Part shown: piece by piece, positions 9,337 to 17,391 of the stretch
How the letters are laid out: the number at the start of each line of letters is the position of its first letter
How positions within the stretch are numbered: position 1 is the stretch's first letter
Source of the DNA: a virus
Strand: one strand, 5' to 3'
DNA length: 64,000 nt
IMG/VR virus record: IMGVR_UViG_3300025424_000296
Span: 49,211 to 113,210 of that record
Made by a program: the position numbers and the translations under genes
Notes under the pieces: model-generated
What the model saw: the letters and a program-made list of their open reading frames with translations, nothing else
Database searches by the model: none
Told to the model about the DNA's origin: nothing

Positions 9337-10086
9337 TTATTGGTTAGAAAGCATTCTTTTGGATGTTATGGGTATATTTGCATTTATATCCCATTTTACA
9401 CCATTATATTTTAACCAATCTGTATAAATTTTATGCGGATCAAAGGTATATAAATTCAAATCTGCAAATCTATTTAAATTATTATAAATGTCTGCCCAAA
9501 TATCCATACTCTGGCTATTACCACTCACCCATAAATCATGTAAAATCGCATACTTATCTTTGTAAAATCCGTTATATGTCAAAATGTCGGGGTTTAGTAT
9601 GGTAAGATCAATATCTTGTTCAAATAATACATCCCACCTTGTAGCAATTACGTAATCGTATTTTTTCCCAGTGAAAACTTCTTGTTGTTTTTTAAGGGTT
9701 ATTACTGCACTTCTAGAATGCATTAAGCCAAAAACACCAAGAGGTCTATGTTTAGCAAACGGCATACCAAATCTTTTAAATTGTGTGGTTAATTCTTTAA
9801 ATCTATTGATGTGCAAATTAAAATTATCTAGATGTAAACCTACTGGTTTGGTACAGTTAATCATACCCTCGATGACTCCCAGATCTACAGGCGAACTTGA
9901 TAAATGATACCCGGGGTGATAAAGAGAAGACATACATTGCTCTGGCTCTATTTGAAGTCCGATACTATCAGTCCATGTCATAGCAAATATATCAGGATTA
10001 TATGGTTTGATTAACTTCTGGTAAATTCCTTCCCAACACAACTCAAAAGTTCTAAGATGGCCGTATAAACAAAGAGCAATATTCAT
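9337..10086 (-). CDS. Putative glycosyltransferase-like protein
   Basis: N-terminal IALCLYGHLRTF and YDYVIATRWD motifs typical of phage GT-like proteins. Confidence 0.6.
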   Translation of the reverse strand: MNIALCLYGHLRTFELCWEGIYQKLIKPYNPDIFAMTWTDSIGLQIEPEQCMSSLYHPGYHLSSSPVDLGVIEGMINCTKPVGLHLDNFNLHINRFKELTTQFKRFGMPFAKHRPLGVFGLMHSRSAVITLKKQQEVFTGKKYDYVIATRWDVLFEQDIDLTILNPDILTYNGFYKDKYAILHDLWVSGNSQSMDIWADIYNNLNRFADLNLYTFDPHKIYTDWLKYNGVKWDINANIPITSKRMLSNQ

Positions 10087-10120
10087 AATTTATCCTCAGT
10101 TTTCTTTGTAATAAACTTGA

Positions 10121-10149
10121 TTGACAAGGTTTTAATTTACAAATATACT
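10121..10149 (+). promoter_or_regulatory. sigma70-like promoter
   Basis: TTGACA-17nt-TATACT. Confidence 0.7.
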
Positions 10150-10200
10150 TATCTATAATAAAGTGCATATTTAACATTTATAACTAAATTATGAGGATAT

Positions 10201-10935
10201 ATGTTTACATTTTTTCACAGAACAACAAAAATAACTCTAGATTGTTTTACAGCTATGCCCGAAGTTTATAACTGTGTGCCAATAATTAAAACATCGAGAA
10301 CTATACCAGACTGGTGGAAATCTTTACCAAATCCTGGCAAAGGAAATGCATTAGTGAATCCTAACGACAATAACAATATGCGGCGTTGTTACGGATTTGT
10401 TGAGCTGTTGAAAAAAGGTGTAACCTTATGTAATTGGGCAGATATGCATCTCCGTGTGACCGATGCTGGATATAAATTTAAAGTTACTGCCGGAGTAGAA
10501 CCGGGATGCCATCATACTGATCAATATCAAGGAGCATTTTTAGACTGGTTTCACGTTAAGATGCATAGTCCTTGGTACTTCAGAGAAAAAACAGGAGTAC
10601 AATTTTTGTTTATGGGTGCTGAATGGCTGTTAGACAAATACGACTTTAAAGTTTTACCAGGTGTCGTTGAATTTCAAGTTAATGCTGCAACTAATGTTAA
10701 TATTATGGTACAAGCCAGAAGAGATCCGTATGATATATTTTTACCAGCAGGCCAGCCGTTAGTACAGTTAATACCATTAACTGAAAATAAAACAATAGAA
10801 GTAAAATGCCATGTAGTAACAGATGCAGAATACAGTAAAATTGCTCGACATCATATAACTTATAGGGGAATTAAAGAACAATTAAAATTATATAAAAAGG
10901 CGCATACACCTGAATCAAAGTGTCCTTTTCACTGA
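10201..10935 (+). CDS. Conserved phage protein, paralog of 6879..7622
   Basis: Colinear shared motifs along the full length. Confidence 0.65.
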   Translation: MFTFFHRTTKITLDCFTAMPEVYNCVPIIKTSRTIPDWWKSLPNPGKGNALVNPNDNNNMRRCYGFVELLKKGVTLCNWADMHLRVTDAGYKFKVTAGVEPGCHHTDQYQGAFLDWFHVKMHSPWYFREKTGVQFLFMGAEWLLDKYDFKVLPGVVEFQVNAATNVNIMVQARRDPYDIFLPAGQPLVQLIPLTENKTIEVKCHVVTDAEYSKIARHHITYRGIKEQLKLYKKAHTPESKCPFH

Positions 10936-10965
10936 TTTTAAATCTTTAAAACAAGGTAGAGTTAA

Positions 10966-12525
10966 ATGCAAATTAATAGTATAATAATTGTAGGCGGGGG
11001 ATCATCAGGATGGATGACTGCTGCTCTAATTTCAAAATTACTACCTGAAATTAATTTATCACTAGTAGAATCTAAACATATACCTATCATCGGCGTCGGG
11101 GAATCAACTTTATCAAGTATTAACTCATATTTGCGAAGACTTGAAATACATGATGATCAATGGATGAGTAAATGTAATGCTACTTATAAAACATCTATTA
11201 GATTTACTAATTTTTTTGAACAGGGTAAATCATATCATGACGTATTAAAATATCTAGAGGTTCCATTTCCCATACCAGGTAATTTTGGAATTACAATATT
11301 TAATCTATTATGCCTTAGATTTCCTGACGAATTTAGACCAGAAGATTTACCTAAATTTGCAGATGACACTTGGCAAATGATAGAAAATAACAGGTACACC
11401 GATGATCCTGGTCCAATGAGTTGGGATACTAAAAAAGAAAAAGCATATCATTTTGATGCTTATAAATTTGGATTGGTATTAAAAGATTTATTAGCCATTC
11501 CGAATGGAACAACACACATACAAGACGATGTATTAGAAGTACAAACTGATAAATTTGGTGTTAGCGGACTTGTGACTAAAGAACATGGAATATTAACAGC
11601 CGACTTATACATAGACTGTACAGGATTTAAGTCGTTATTGCTAGGTGAAACATTGGATACCCCTTTTAATAGGTTTGATGATACGCTGTTAAATAATAAA
11701 GCTGTAGTTACCAACATACCATATCTTGATAAAGTTAATGAATTAACCAGTTATACTGATTGTACAACCATGCCAAATGGTTGGCTATGGACTATCCCTA
11801 CATGGGATAAACTCGGAACAGGATATGTTTATTCAGATAAATTTGTTGATAATGAAACTGCAAAAAAACAATTTATAGACACTCTGAGATCTCGATATGG
11901 AGACAGAGTTAACGAATGTGAATTCCGTTACATTGAATTCACTCCCGGTGTGAGGGATATACCATGGAATAAAAATGTCGTCGGTATTGGACTAAGTTGT
12001 GGATTTATAGAACCACTTAGATCAACCGGACTTCAGGTTACACATGATATGGCAATAACATTAACTGATATATTAATTAAAAACAGTAGGAAAATAGGTA
12101 GTATTAATAAAGAAATTTATAATTTTAATGTTAAAGTACTCTTGCACAATGCTAGAGATTTTGTATCTTTACATTACGCATTATCTAAAAGATGCGACAC
12201 AGATTATTGGAAACACGCAGTAAATGATGTAAGTTATTTTAAGGATAATGATCTTTTTAAACAATTTGCATATTCTGGAACTAGTAATGTATTGAATAAA
12301 TTTAACAGTAATGATCAAATGTTTAGAACGTATGCTAGTTCTGGATATAATAGAATGACAGAAGCTGATTTTAAAATTTTATTAGACGATAATCCTGATT
12401 TAGATAGAGATTTACAAACTGTTAAAAAGATATGGACAAGACGGCATCAAGAAATCGGAGCATATGTAAAAACGTTGCCTACTACAGCTGAATTTTTAAA
12501 GAAAAATATATATAATACCGATTGA
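10966..12525 (+). CDS. Flavin-dependent tryptophan halogenase family protein
   Basis: GGGSSG, IGVGEST, ATYK, YHFDA, IDCTGF, GWLWTIP, FIEPLRSTG. Confidence 0.9.
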   Translation: MQINSIIIVGGGSSGWMTAALISKLLPEINLSLVESKHIPIIGVGESTLSSINSYLRRLEIHDDQWMSKCNATYKTSIRFTNFFEQGKSYHDVLKYLEVPFPIPGNFGITIFNLLCLRFPDEFRPEDLPKFADDTWQMIENNRYTDDPGPMSWDTKKEKAYHFDAYKFGLVLKDLLAIPNGTTHIQDDVLEVQTDKFGVSGLVTKEHGILTADLYIDCTGFKSLLLGETLDTPFNRFDDTLLNNKAVVTNIPYLDKVNELTSYTDCTTMPNGWLWTIPTWDKLGTGYVYSDKFVDNETAKKQFIDTLRSRYGDRVNECEFRYIEFTPGVRDIPWNKNVVGIGLSCGFIEPLRSTGLQVTHDMAITLTDILIKNSRKIGSINKEIYNFNVKVLLHNARDFVSLHYALSKRCDTDYWKHAVNDVSYFKDNDLFKQFAYSGTSNVLNKFNSNDQMFRTYASSGYNRMTEADFKILLDDNPDLDRDLQTVKKIWTRRHQEIGAYVKTLPTTAEFLKKNIYNTD

Positions 12526-12549
12526 CTTTATCAACAAAGACTATATAGT
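12522..12549 (+). promoter_or_regulatory. sigma70-like promoter of leader/tRNA unit
   Basis: TTGACT-16nt-TATAGT. Confidence 0.6.
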
Positions 12550-12560
12550 ATAAAAACGTT

Positions 12561-12650
12561 ATGAGAAAGAACAAAACAGTGGGCTACTGGCTAAATTTTA
12601 TTTGTTTGCAACTAACCTGGATTGAACCAGGGGAGGGGCCTATCGTATAG
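12561..12650 (+). CDS. 29-aa attenuator leader peptide MRKNKTVGYWLNFICLQLTWIEPGEGPIV
   Basis: Starts just after the promoter; its stop codon lies in the 5' arm of the antiterminator. Confidence 0.65.
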   Translation: MRKNKTVGYWLNFICLQLTWIEPGEGPIV

Positions 12651-12716
12651 TGTGATGTGATGACATTATACGACTTTTAGGCCCTTGGAACAGACGTGTT
12701 TCAAGGGTTTTTGTTT
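12634..12716 (+). promoter_or_regulatory. Transcription attenuator (mutually exclusive antiterminator/terminator)
   Basis: Antiterminator 12634-12653 pairs with 12663-12686. Terminator 12679-12692 pairs with 12697-12710 and is followed by a U tract. The two share 12679-12686. Confidence 0.75.
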
Positions 12717-12734
12717 ATCAAAGGAGAAACTGAA

Positions 12735-12890
12735 ATGAAATGGTCCAAGTTGATTCAACGAACATACAAAGCTATAATCAAGGGCGATGTAGAAAAAGAA
12801 GCCAAACTATGGCATAGAGCTCTTAAGAAAAATATGAAAGCGCATGCCAAAGGTAAAAAGAGAAAACCAGGCGATACTGTTATACGTTAA
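12735..12890 (+). CDS. Small basic hypothetical protein
   Basis: AAGGAG RBS; MKWSKLIQRTYKAI..., Lys-rich. Confidence 0.65.
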   Translation: MKWSKLIQRTYKAIIKGDVEKEAKLWHRALKKNMKAHAKGKKRKPGDTVIR

Positions 12891-12900
12891 AATCCAGTAT

Positions 12901-12977
12901 GCTCCCATAGATTACGTTGGTTAGATCGTTGCCCTTTCACGGCAAAGAACCCGGATCGTCGCCGGGTGGGAGCACCA
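12901..12977 (+). tRNA. tRNA-Glu(TTC)
   Basis: GCTCCCA/TGGGAGC acceptor, TTGCC-CTTTCAC-GGCAA, encoded CCA; atypical T loop ATCGTCG. Confidence 0.92.
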
Positions 12978-12991
12978 TTTAAAAGTTATAA

Positions 12992-13068
12992 TGGCGTGTA
13001 GCTCGGTTGGTCAGAGCATTCGACTGATAATCGAAAGGTCGGTAGTTCAAATCTACCCATGCCAACCA
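12992..13068 (+). tRNA. tRNA-Ile(GAT)
   Basis: Full cloverleaf, TTCGA-CTGATAA-TCGAA, CCA. Confidence 0.95.
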
Positions 13069-13134
13069 TTATAAATAGATTTACTACAATTTATACCATA
13101 AAATATCATATTTATAATACATAAAGGAACATTC

Positions 13135-13902
13135 ATGCTCATCGATTGTGTTTCATTTCTAAATGAATATGAAATGTTAGAGGGTAGATTAAAATATCTT
13201 TATGATATAGTCGACCACTTTATTATAGTAGAATCAGACTTTACATACACAGGTACACCTAAACCATTTAATTTTCAAGAAAATCGTGATAGATACATGC
13301 CATTCATGGATAAAATCATTTATCTTCCTACACATCTTGATTATCAACCAGGAGTTAATCCCTGGCATATAGAAGACCGTCAACGAAATAGATATAATGA
13401 TGCACTACAAGAATTCAGTAATGACACAGTGGTTATGATGAGCGACTGTGACGAAATACCATTGAAAGCTACGATACCTGCAGCAATTGAAGATTTAAAA
13501 CAGAAAGGAACAACAACTGCATTCCAACAGCAATGCTTTTGGTTTAATTTTGATTGTTATGCAACATATCATAGCAATCCATGGCCGGGTACAATCATGT
13601 CAACAGTTGGAATTTTAAGAAATCAAACAACTGGCCCAATGCGCGGACAACGATACCATTATAGACCAACTCAAAATGGTGGCTATCATCTTTCATACTT
13701 TTTTGACAACGAACGAATCAGTTTTAAAATACAAAGCTCGTCGCATAGAGAACAAGACTCTGAGACTGTTAGAAATTTAGACTACATTAGTGATAAAATT
13801 AAAAATCGTATTTGTTTGTTTAACAATGTACCATTTGACACCCCGCCTCCAATTGATCCTGAAATTTATGAAATTTTTCACGGATTACAAAATATGGGAT
13901 AA
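13135..13902 (+). CDS. GT17-like beta-1,4-N-acetylglucosaminyltransferase
   Basis: FLNEYEML, VDHFIIVES..TYTG.PKP, SDCDEIP, GYHLSYF. Confidence 0.85.
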   Translation: MLIDCVSFLNEYEMLEGRLKYLYDIVDHFIIVESDFTYTGTPKPFNFQENRDRYMPFMDKIIYLPTHLDYQPGVNPWHIEDRQRNRYNDALQEFSNDTVVMMSDCDEIPLKATIPAAIEDLKQKGTTTAFQQQCFWFNFDCYATYHSNPWPGTIMSTVGILRNQTTGPMRGQRYHYRPTQNGGYHLSYFFDNERISFKIQSSSHREQDSETVRNLDYISDKIKNRICLFNNVPFDTPPPIDPEIYEIFHGLQNMG

Positions 13903-13966
13903 ATCCTTAATTTATTGACTTTGTAACTTTTATTACAAAATAATAAATGATCAAGGAGGAAAGACC

Positions 13967-14158
13967 ATGAATAAGATTTTAATCACACTAATAGTATCAC
14001 TATTTGCTACATCTGTTGTGGCACTAACCGTCATACCGGCAGCAGTAAAAACTTCAAATGATGTTGCAGTTTCCAAACCAGCTGCTAAATCCCACACAGG
14101 AACTTGGTTGCCACCAAAAGAAATACAAGACAAGGTTGCAAAAGAAAAACAAAAATAA
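13967..14158 (+). CDS. Small exported protein
   Basis: AGGAG RBS and signal peptide. Confidence 0.6.
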   Translation: MNKILITLIVSLFATSVVALTVIPAAVKTSNDVAVSKPAAKSHTGTWLPPKEIQDKVAKEKQK

Positions 14159-14172
14159 TATACTTTAAAGAT

Positions 14173-14248
14173 GCTGGTGTAGCTCAGTTGATAGAGCGCG
14201 GCATTAGTAATGCCGATGTCGGGAGTTTGAACCTCTCCACCAGCACCA
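14173..14248 (+). tRNA. tRNA-Thr(AGT)
   Basis: GCTGGTG/CACCAGC acceptor, CGGCA-TTAGTAA-TGCCG, CCA. Confidence 0.9.
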
Positions 14249-14253
14249 CCTTA

Positions 14254-14380
14254 GCCCTTGTAGCCCAACTGGCAGAGGCAGGAGACTTACGAGAAAGGGT
14301 TAAAGCCCATAACGGTGCGATTCCGGAATCTCGGAGATAAAATCTCCCAAGTATCAGTTCGAATCTGATCAAGGGCACCA
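14254..14380 (+). tRNA. tRNA-Leu(TAA) interrupted by a 50-nt insert in the anticodon
   Basis: Removing 14290-14339 restores a 77-nt cloverleaf: GCCCTTG/CAAGGGC, GGAGA-CTTAAAA-TCTCC, ATCAG-TTCGAAT-CTGAT, CCA. Confidence 0.85.
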
Positions 14381-14450
14381 GAAATTATAAGTCCGACCGC
14401 TGGTATCACAACTTCAATAAGTAGTATTAGTACAACTTGTGAGATTTTTA

Positions 14451-14630
14451 ATGAAAGACCGTGTAATTTTAACAACATTTTTGATTTTAATTCTAGCAAT
14501 GGCATTGGTAGGATGTAATTCAGTTGAGAACATTGATACTAACGGCTATTACACTCATAGCAACAGTATAACTCAACATGTTTGTCCGGTGCAGGTTAGA
14601 CATAACGTCGTTAAATGGTTACCATGCTGA
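14451..14630 (+). CDS. Small putative lipoprotein
   Basis: Hydrophobic stretch ending in the LVGC lipobox. Confidence 0.55.
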   Translation: MKDRVILTTFLILILAMALVGCNSVENIDTNGYYTHSNSITQHVCPVQVRHNVVKWLPC

Positions 14631-14667
14631 TATTGTAATCAGTTGTATGTTAACCTATACTTGATAC

Positions 14668-15024
14668 ATGATTACAACAACTATATTACTATTGGGCACA
14701 GTCGTATGGCTTATTCTAACTATAATTGTTTTTGGTTTAACTGGATTTGATAGAATTTTGGCATGCTTGCAAATGTGGTTTGATAGAAAATATTGGACCG
14801 GTTATAATCTAGTTGAAGCAACAAGTTATGCAGCTAAGGCTATTGTAATTGTCCCTGGATTAATATGGGGCATACAATTTTGGTGGTTTTATATATTAAC
14901 CTTAATAACAAGTTTAAGTTTAATTTGGTCTAGTAATCGAAAGTTATTACCTACTCTTGTTGTATTTAACACAGTCTGGGTGTGGGTTAGTGTAATGGCT
15001 ATTGCAAAATATTTTTTCTCATAA
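14668..15024 (+). CDS. Multi-pass membrane protein
   Basis: About 4 hydrophobic segments; leaderless promoter TTGTAA-17-TATACT at 14633-14661. Confidence 0.75.
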   Translation: MITTTILLLGTVVWLILTIIVFGLTGFDRILACLQMWFDRKYWTGYNLVEATSYAAKAIVIVPGLIWGIQFWWFYILTLITSLSLIWSSNRKLLPTLVVFNTVWVWVSVMAIAKYFFS

Positions 15025-15095
15025 TTATATTTTTATTTTGCATTATTATACCATATTATGGTAAAATTTTCAAGTTATCTAATAAGGAAAAATAA

Positions 15096-16319
15096 ATGGA
15101 AAAGTTATTAGAACTTGGAAATCATTATGTTAGTGATTTTATTAAACCTAACGATCAATTGAGAAATGCCAACAAGTACAGTCTAGACGTATATTTAGAT
15201 GATGCAATTGGTGCAGCTCGTCTTAAAGAGACCCCGCCAGCAGAAAGTATGTGGGGGCAGTATTGGTATCGTTCTGGTATCAATGCCAGTATGACCAAAC
15301 AGTTGGGTCAGATCGTTGATGAAATATCAGGTAGAATTAAACTAAATGACGGCGACATTTGGTTAGATATTGCTTGTAATGACGGAACACTGTTAAAGCA
15401 ACTTCCTGATAATTTAATCAAGTTGGGGATTGATCCAGCTGATGACAGTTACCATGCAGAAAGTAGCAGGGTTGCCACAAAGGTTGTACAGGACTATTTC
15501 AGTGAGTCGGCATATCAACGCACAGGGTACGGTGATCGCAAGGCCAAGGTAATAACATGTATAGCTATGTTTTACGATTTAGATAATCCCCGTCCATTTA
15601 TCAGAGACATACATAAAGTATTAGATGACAATGGTGTTTTTGTTGTTCAAATGAGTTATACACCCTTAATGCTTAAACAGTTGGCATTTGATAATATTTG
15701 TCACGAGCATGTTTATTATTATAGTCTTACCAGTATCAAGAGACTATTTGAGTCTGAAGGATTTGTTGTACGTGATTGTAGTCTAAATGATACTAATGGT
15801 GGTAGTTTCCGAGTATACCTACAGAAGAATACCAGCGACTACACCAAGTTTTCTACTGCACCACAGCGTGATGTGTTTGACTTCCAGGTCGAAAGTATTC
15901 TCAAGTTAGAAGCTACAAAATGGGATATTGGTAATCCTGATCTTTGGATTAGTTTTGGTAATCAAATAAACGCTCTTAAGACTCAAGTATTAGAATTTCT
16001 ACACCAGGCTAAACGTGAAGGCAAGACTGTATATGGATATGGTGCCAGCACCAAGGGCAATACACTACTACAATTGTTTGGAATTGATAATACTTTAGTA
16101 ACTGCTATTGCAGAACGCAGCCCATATAAGTTTGGATTACAAACCGTTGGTACTAACATTCCTATAGTAAGTGAAGAAGAAATGCGAGCTGCAAAGCCAG
16201 ACTATCTCTTAGTTCTACCTTGGCACTTTATTAATGAATTTGTTGCTAGAGAACAAGAGTTTATATCAGGTGGTGGTAAATTAGTAGTACCATGTCCGCG
16301 CTTTGAGATTTTTGGATAA
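15096..16319 (+). CDS. NDP-hexose C-methyltransferase (TcaB9/NovU-like)
   Basis: LDIACNDGTLL, FDNICHEHVYYY, NGGS, YGASTKGNTLL, LVLPWHF. Confidence 0.88.
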   Translation: MEKLLELGNHYVSDFIKPNDQLRNANKYSLDVYLDDAIGAARLKETPPAESMWGQYWYRSGINASMTKQLGQIVDEISGRIKLNDGDIWLDIACNDGTLLKQLPDNLIKLGIDPADDSYHAESSRVATKVVQDYFSESAYQRTGYGDRKAKVITCIAMFYDLDNPRPFIRDIHKVLDDNGVFVVQMSYTPLMLKQLAFDNICHEHVYYYSLTSIKRLFESEGFVVRDCSLNDTNGGSFRVYLQKNTSDYTKFSTAPQRDVFDFQVESILKLEATKWDIGNPDLWISFGNQINALKTQVLEFLHQAKREGKTVYGYGASTKGNTLLQLFGIDNTLVTAIAERSPYKFGLQTVGTNIPIVSEEEMRAAKPDYLLVLPWHFINEFVAREQEFISGGGKLVVPCPRFEIFG

Positions 16320-16329
16320 TCAAGTGTAC

Positions 16330-16383
16330 TAGACAACATCTTCTTTTTCAGTTATAATGAAAAATTATCAACTGAAAAAGAAG
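16330..16383 (+). promoter_or_regulatory. Promoter overlapped by an RBS-occluding inverted repeat
   Basis: TAGACA-17-TATAAT; CTTCTTTTTCAGTTATAAT / ATTATCAACTGAAAAAGAAG. Confidence 0.65.
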
Positions 16384-16391
16384 GAAATGTT

Positions 16392-16883
16392 ATGATTAAA
16401 TTATCTAAATTTGTAGTAGCTGCTATTGTTGTTATTGCAATGTGTGGTCCTGACACAGCATCGGCAGATCCAATTACAGATCTTTTTGACGGAGTTTTTC
16501 ATCAAACTCGCAATCAACCTGTTGCCAATAATGGTCGTCGAGGACATCATTCAGTAACAGCAGAGCCTGCTGATAATAATTGGGTTGCTACTACATCTTC
16601 ACATAGCGGGTCGCGCATGGTTGCTTCATACTACGGACACGGTGAGCGTTTAAGTCGTCATACTGCTAGCGGTCAGCGTTTTAATCCTCATGCCATGACA
16701 GCAGCTCATCGTACATATCCATTTGGAACACGACTACATGTTTGTCACCGCGGGTGTGTCACTGTAGTAGTCAATGACCGCGGGCCGTTTGTTCGAGGAC
16801 GTCATTTAGATTTATCATATGGTGCTGCTCGTGCAATTGGTATGACCAGTACTTCAACAATTACTGTGCAACGATTAGATTGA
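16392..16883 (+). CDS. rlpA: RlpA-family lytic transglycosylase
   Basis: ASYYG, TASG..F, TAAHRTYPFGT, VNDRGPF, DLSYGAA; signal peptide. Confidence 0.92.
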   Translation: MIKLSKFVVAAIVVIAMCGPDTASADPITDLFDGVFHQTRNQPVANNGRRGHHSVTAEPADNNWVATTSSHSGSRMVASYYGHGERLSRHTASGQRFNPHAMTAAHRTYPFGTRLHVCHRGCVTVVVNDRGPFVRGRHLDLSYGAARAIGMTSTSTITVQRLD

Positions 16884-16896
16884 TATAAAATAACCA

Positions 16897-16928
16897 ATAT
16901 GGTGGGACTTGATTTTCCCACCATATTG
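16897..16928 (+). terminator. 12-bp hairpin overlapping the next promoter
   Basis: AATATGGTGGGA / TCCCACCATATT; TTGATT-17-TATAAT at 16909-16937. Confidence 0.55.
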
Positions 16929-16943
16929 CTCTATAATAGCATG

Positions 16944-17378
16944 ATGAGACACTTACATGTTATAATAGATATTAATGATCCATTAACACAGTTAATCAAA
17001 GATGATCCTGTTCGTCCTGAAATACCTGTAGAACAACGTATTAGTAACACCAAAGAAGTACATGTTCTATTAGAAGATGATACCCCATTAGCTGTTGTTT
17101 GTGTAAGTTATCAAGACTTTGTACCAAAAATAACTGAAGAATTATTTGGATCAAACAAACCAACTGTTGCTGTATTTTATACTATTTGGAGTTATGGGTC
17201 AGGTGCTGCTAAAGAACTTTTGTCAAGATCTACTGATTACATTAAGAACAGTAGAACAACTATTTCCAGATTTGTAACCCTCAGTCCAAAAACTCAAATG
17301 GCTGAAAAATTTCATATGGGCAATGGTGCTGTATTACTAGAAAATAATGCTGATACTGTGAATTATGAATATCTATAA
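16944..17378 (+). CDS. Small GNAT-fold protein with malonyl-CoA decarboxylase-like motifs
   Basis: AVFYTIW, FVTLSP, AEKFHMGNGA. Confidence 0.55.
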   Translation: MRHLHVIIDINDPLTQLIKDDPVRPEIPVEQRISNTKEVHVLLEDDTPLAVVCVSYQDFVPKITEELFGSNKPTVAVFYTIWSYGSGAAKELLSRSTDYIKNSRTTISRFVTLSPKTQMAEKFHMGNGAVLLENNADTVNYEYL

Positions 17379-17391
17379 GTTAGTGGTCAAC

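Noticed and set aside
14290-14339. Group I intron call for the tRNA-Leu insert
   Set aside because: Only 50 nt, no catalytic core, no terminal G.
14104-14505. ORFs 14104..14340, 14184..14378 and 14287..14505
   Set aside because: They overlap tRNA-Thr and tRNA-Leu and are spurious.
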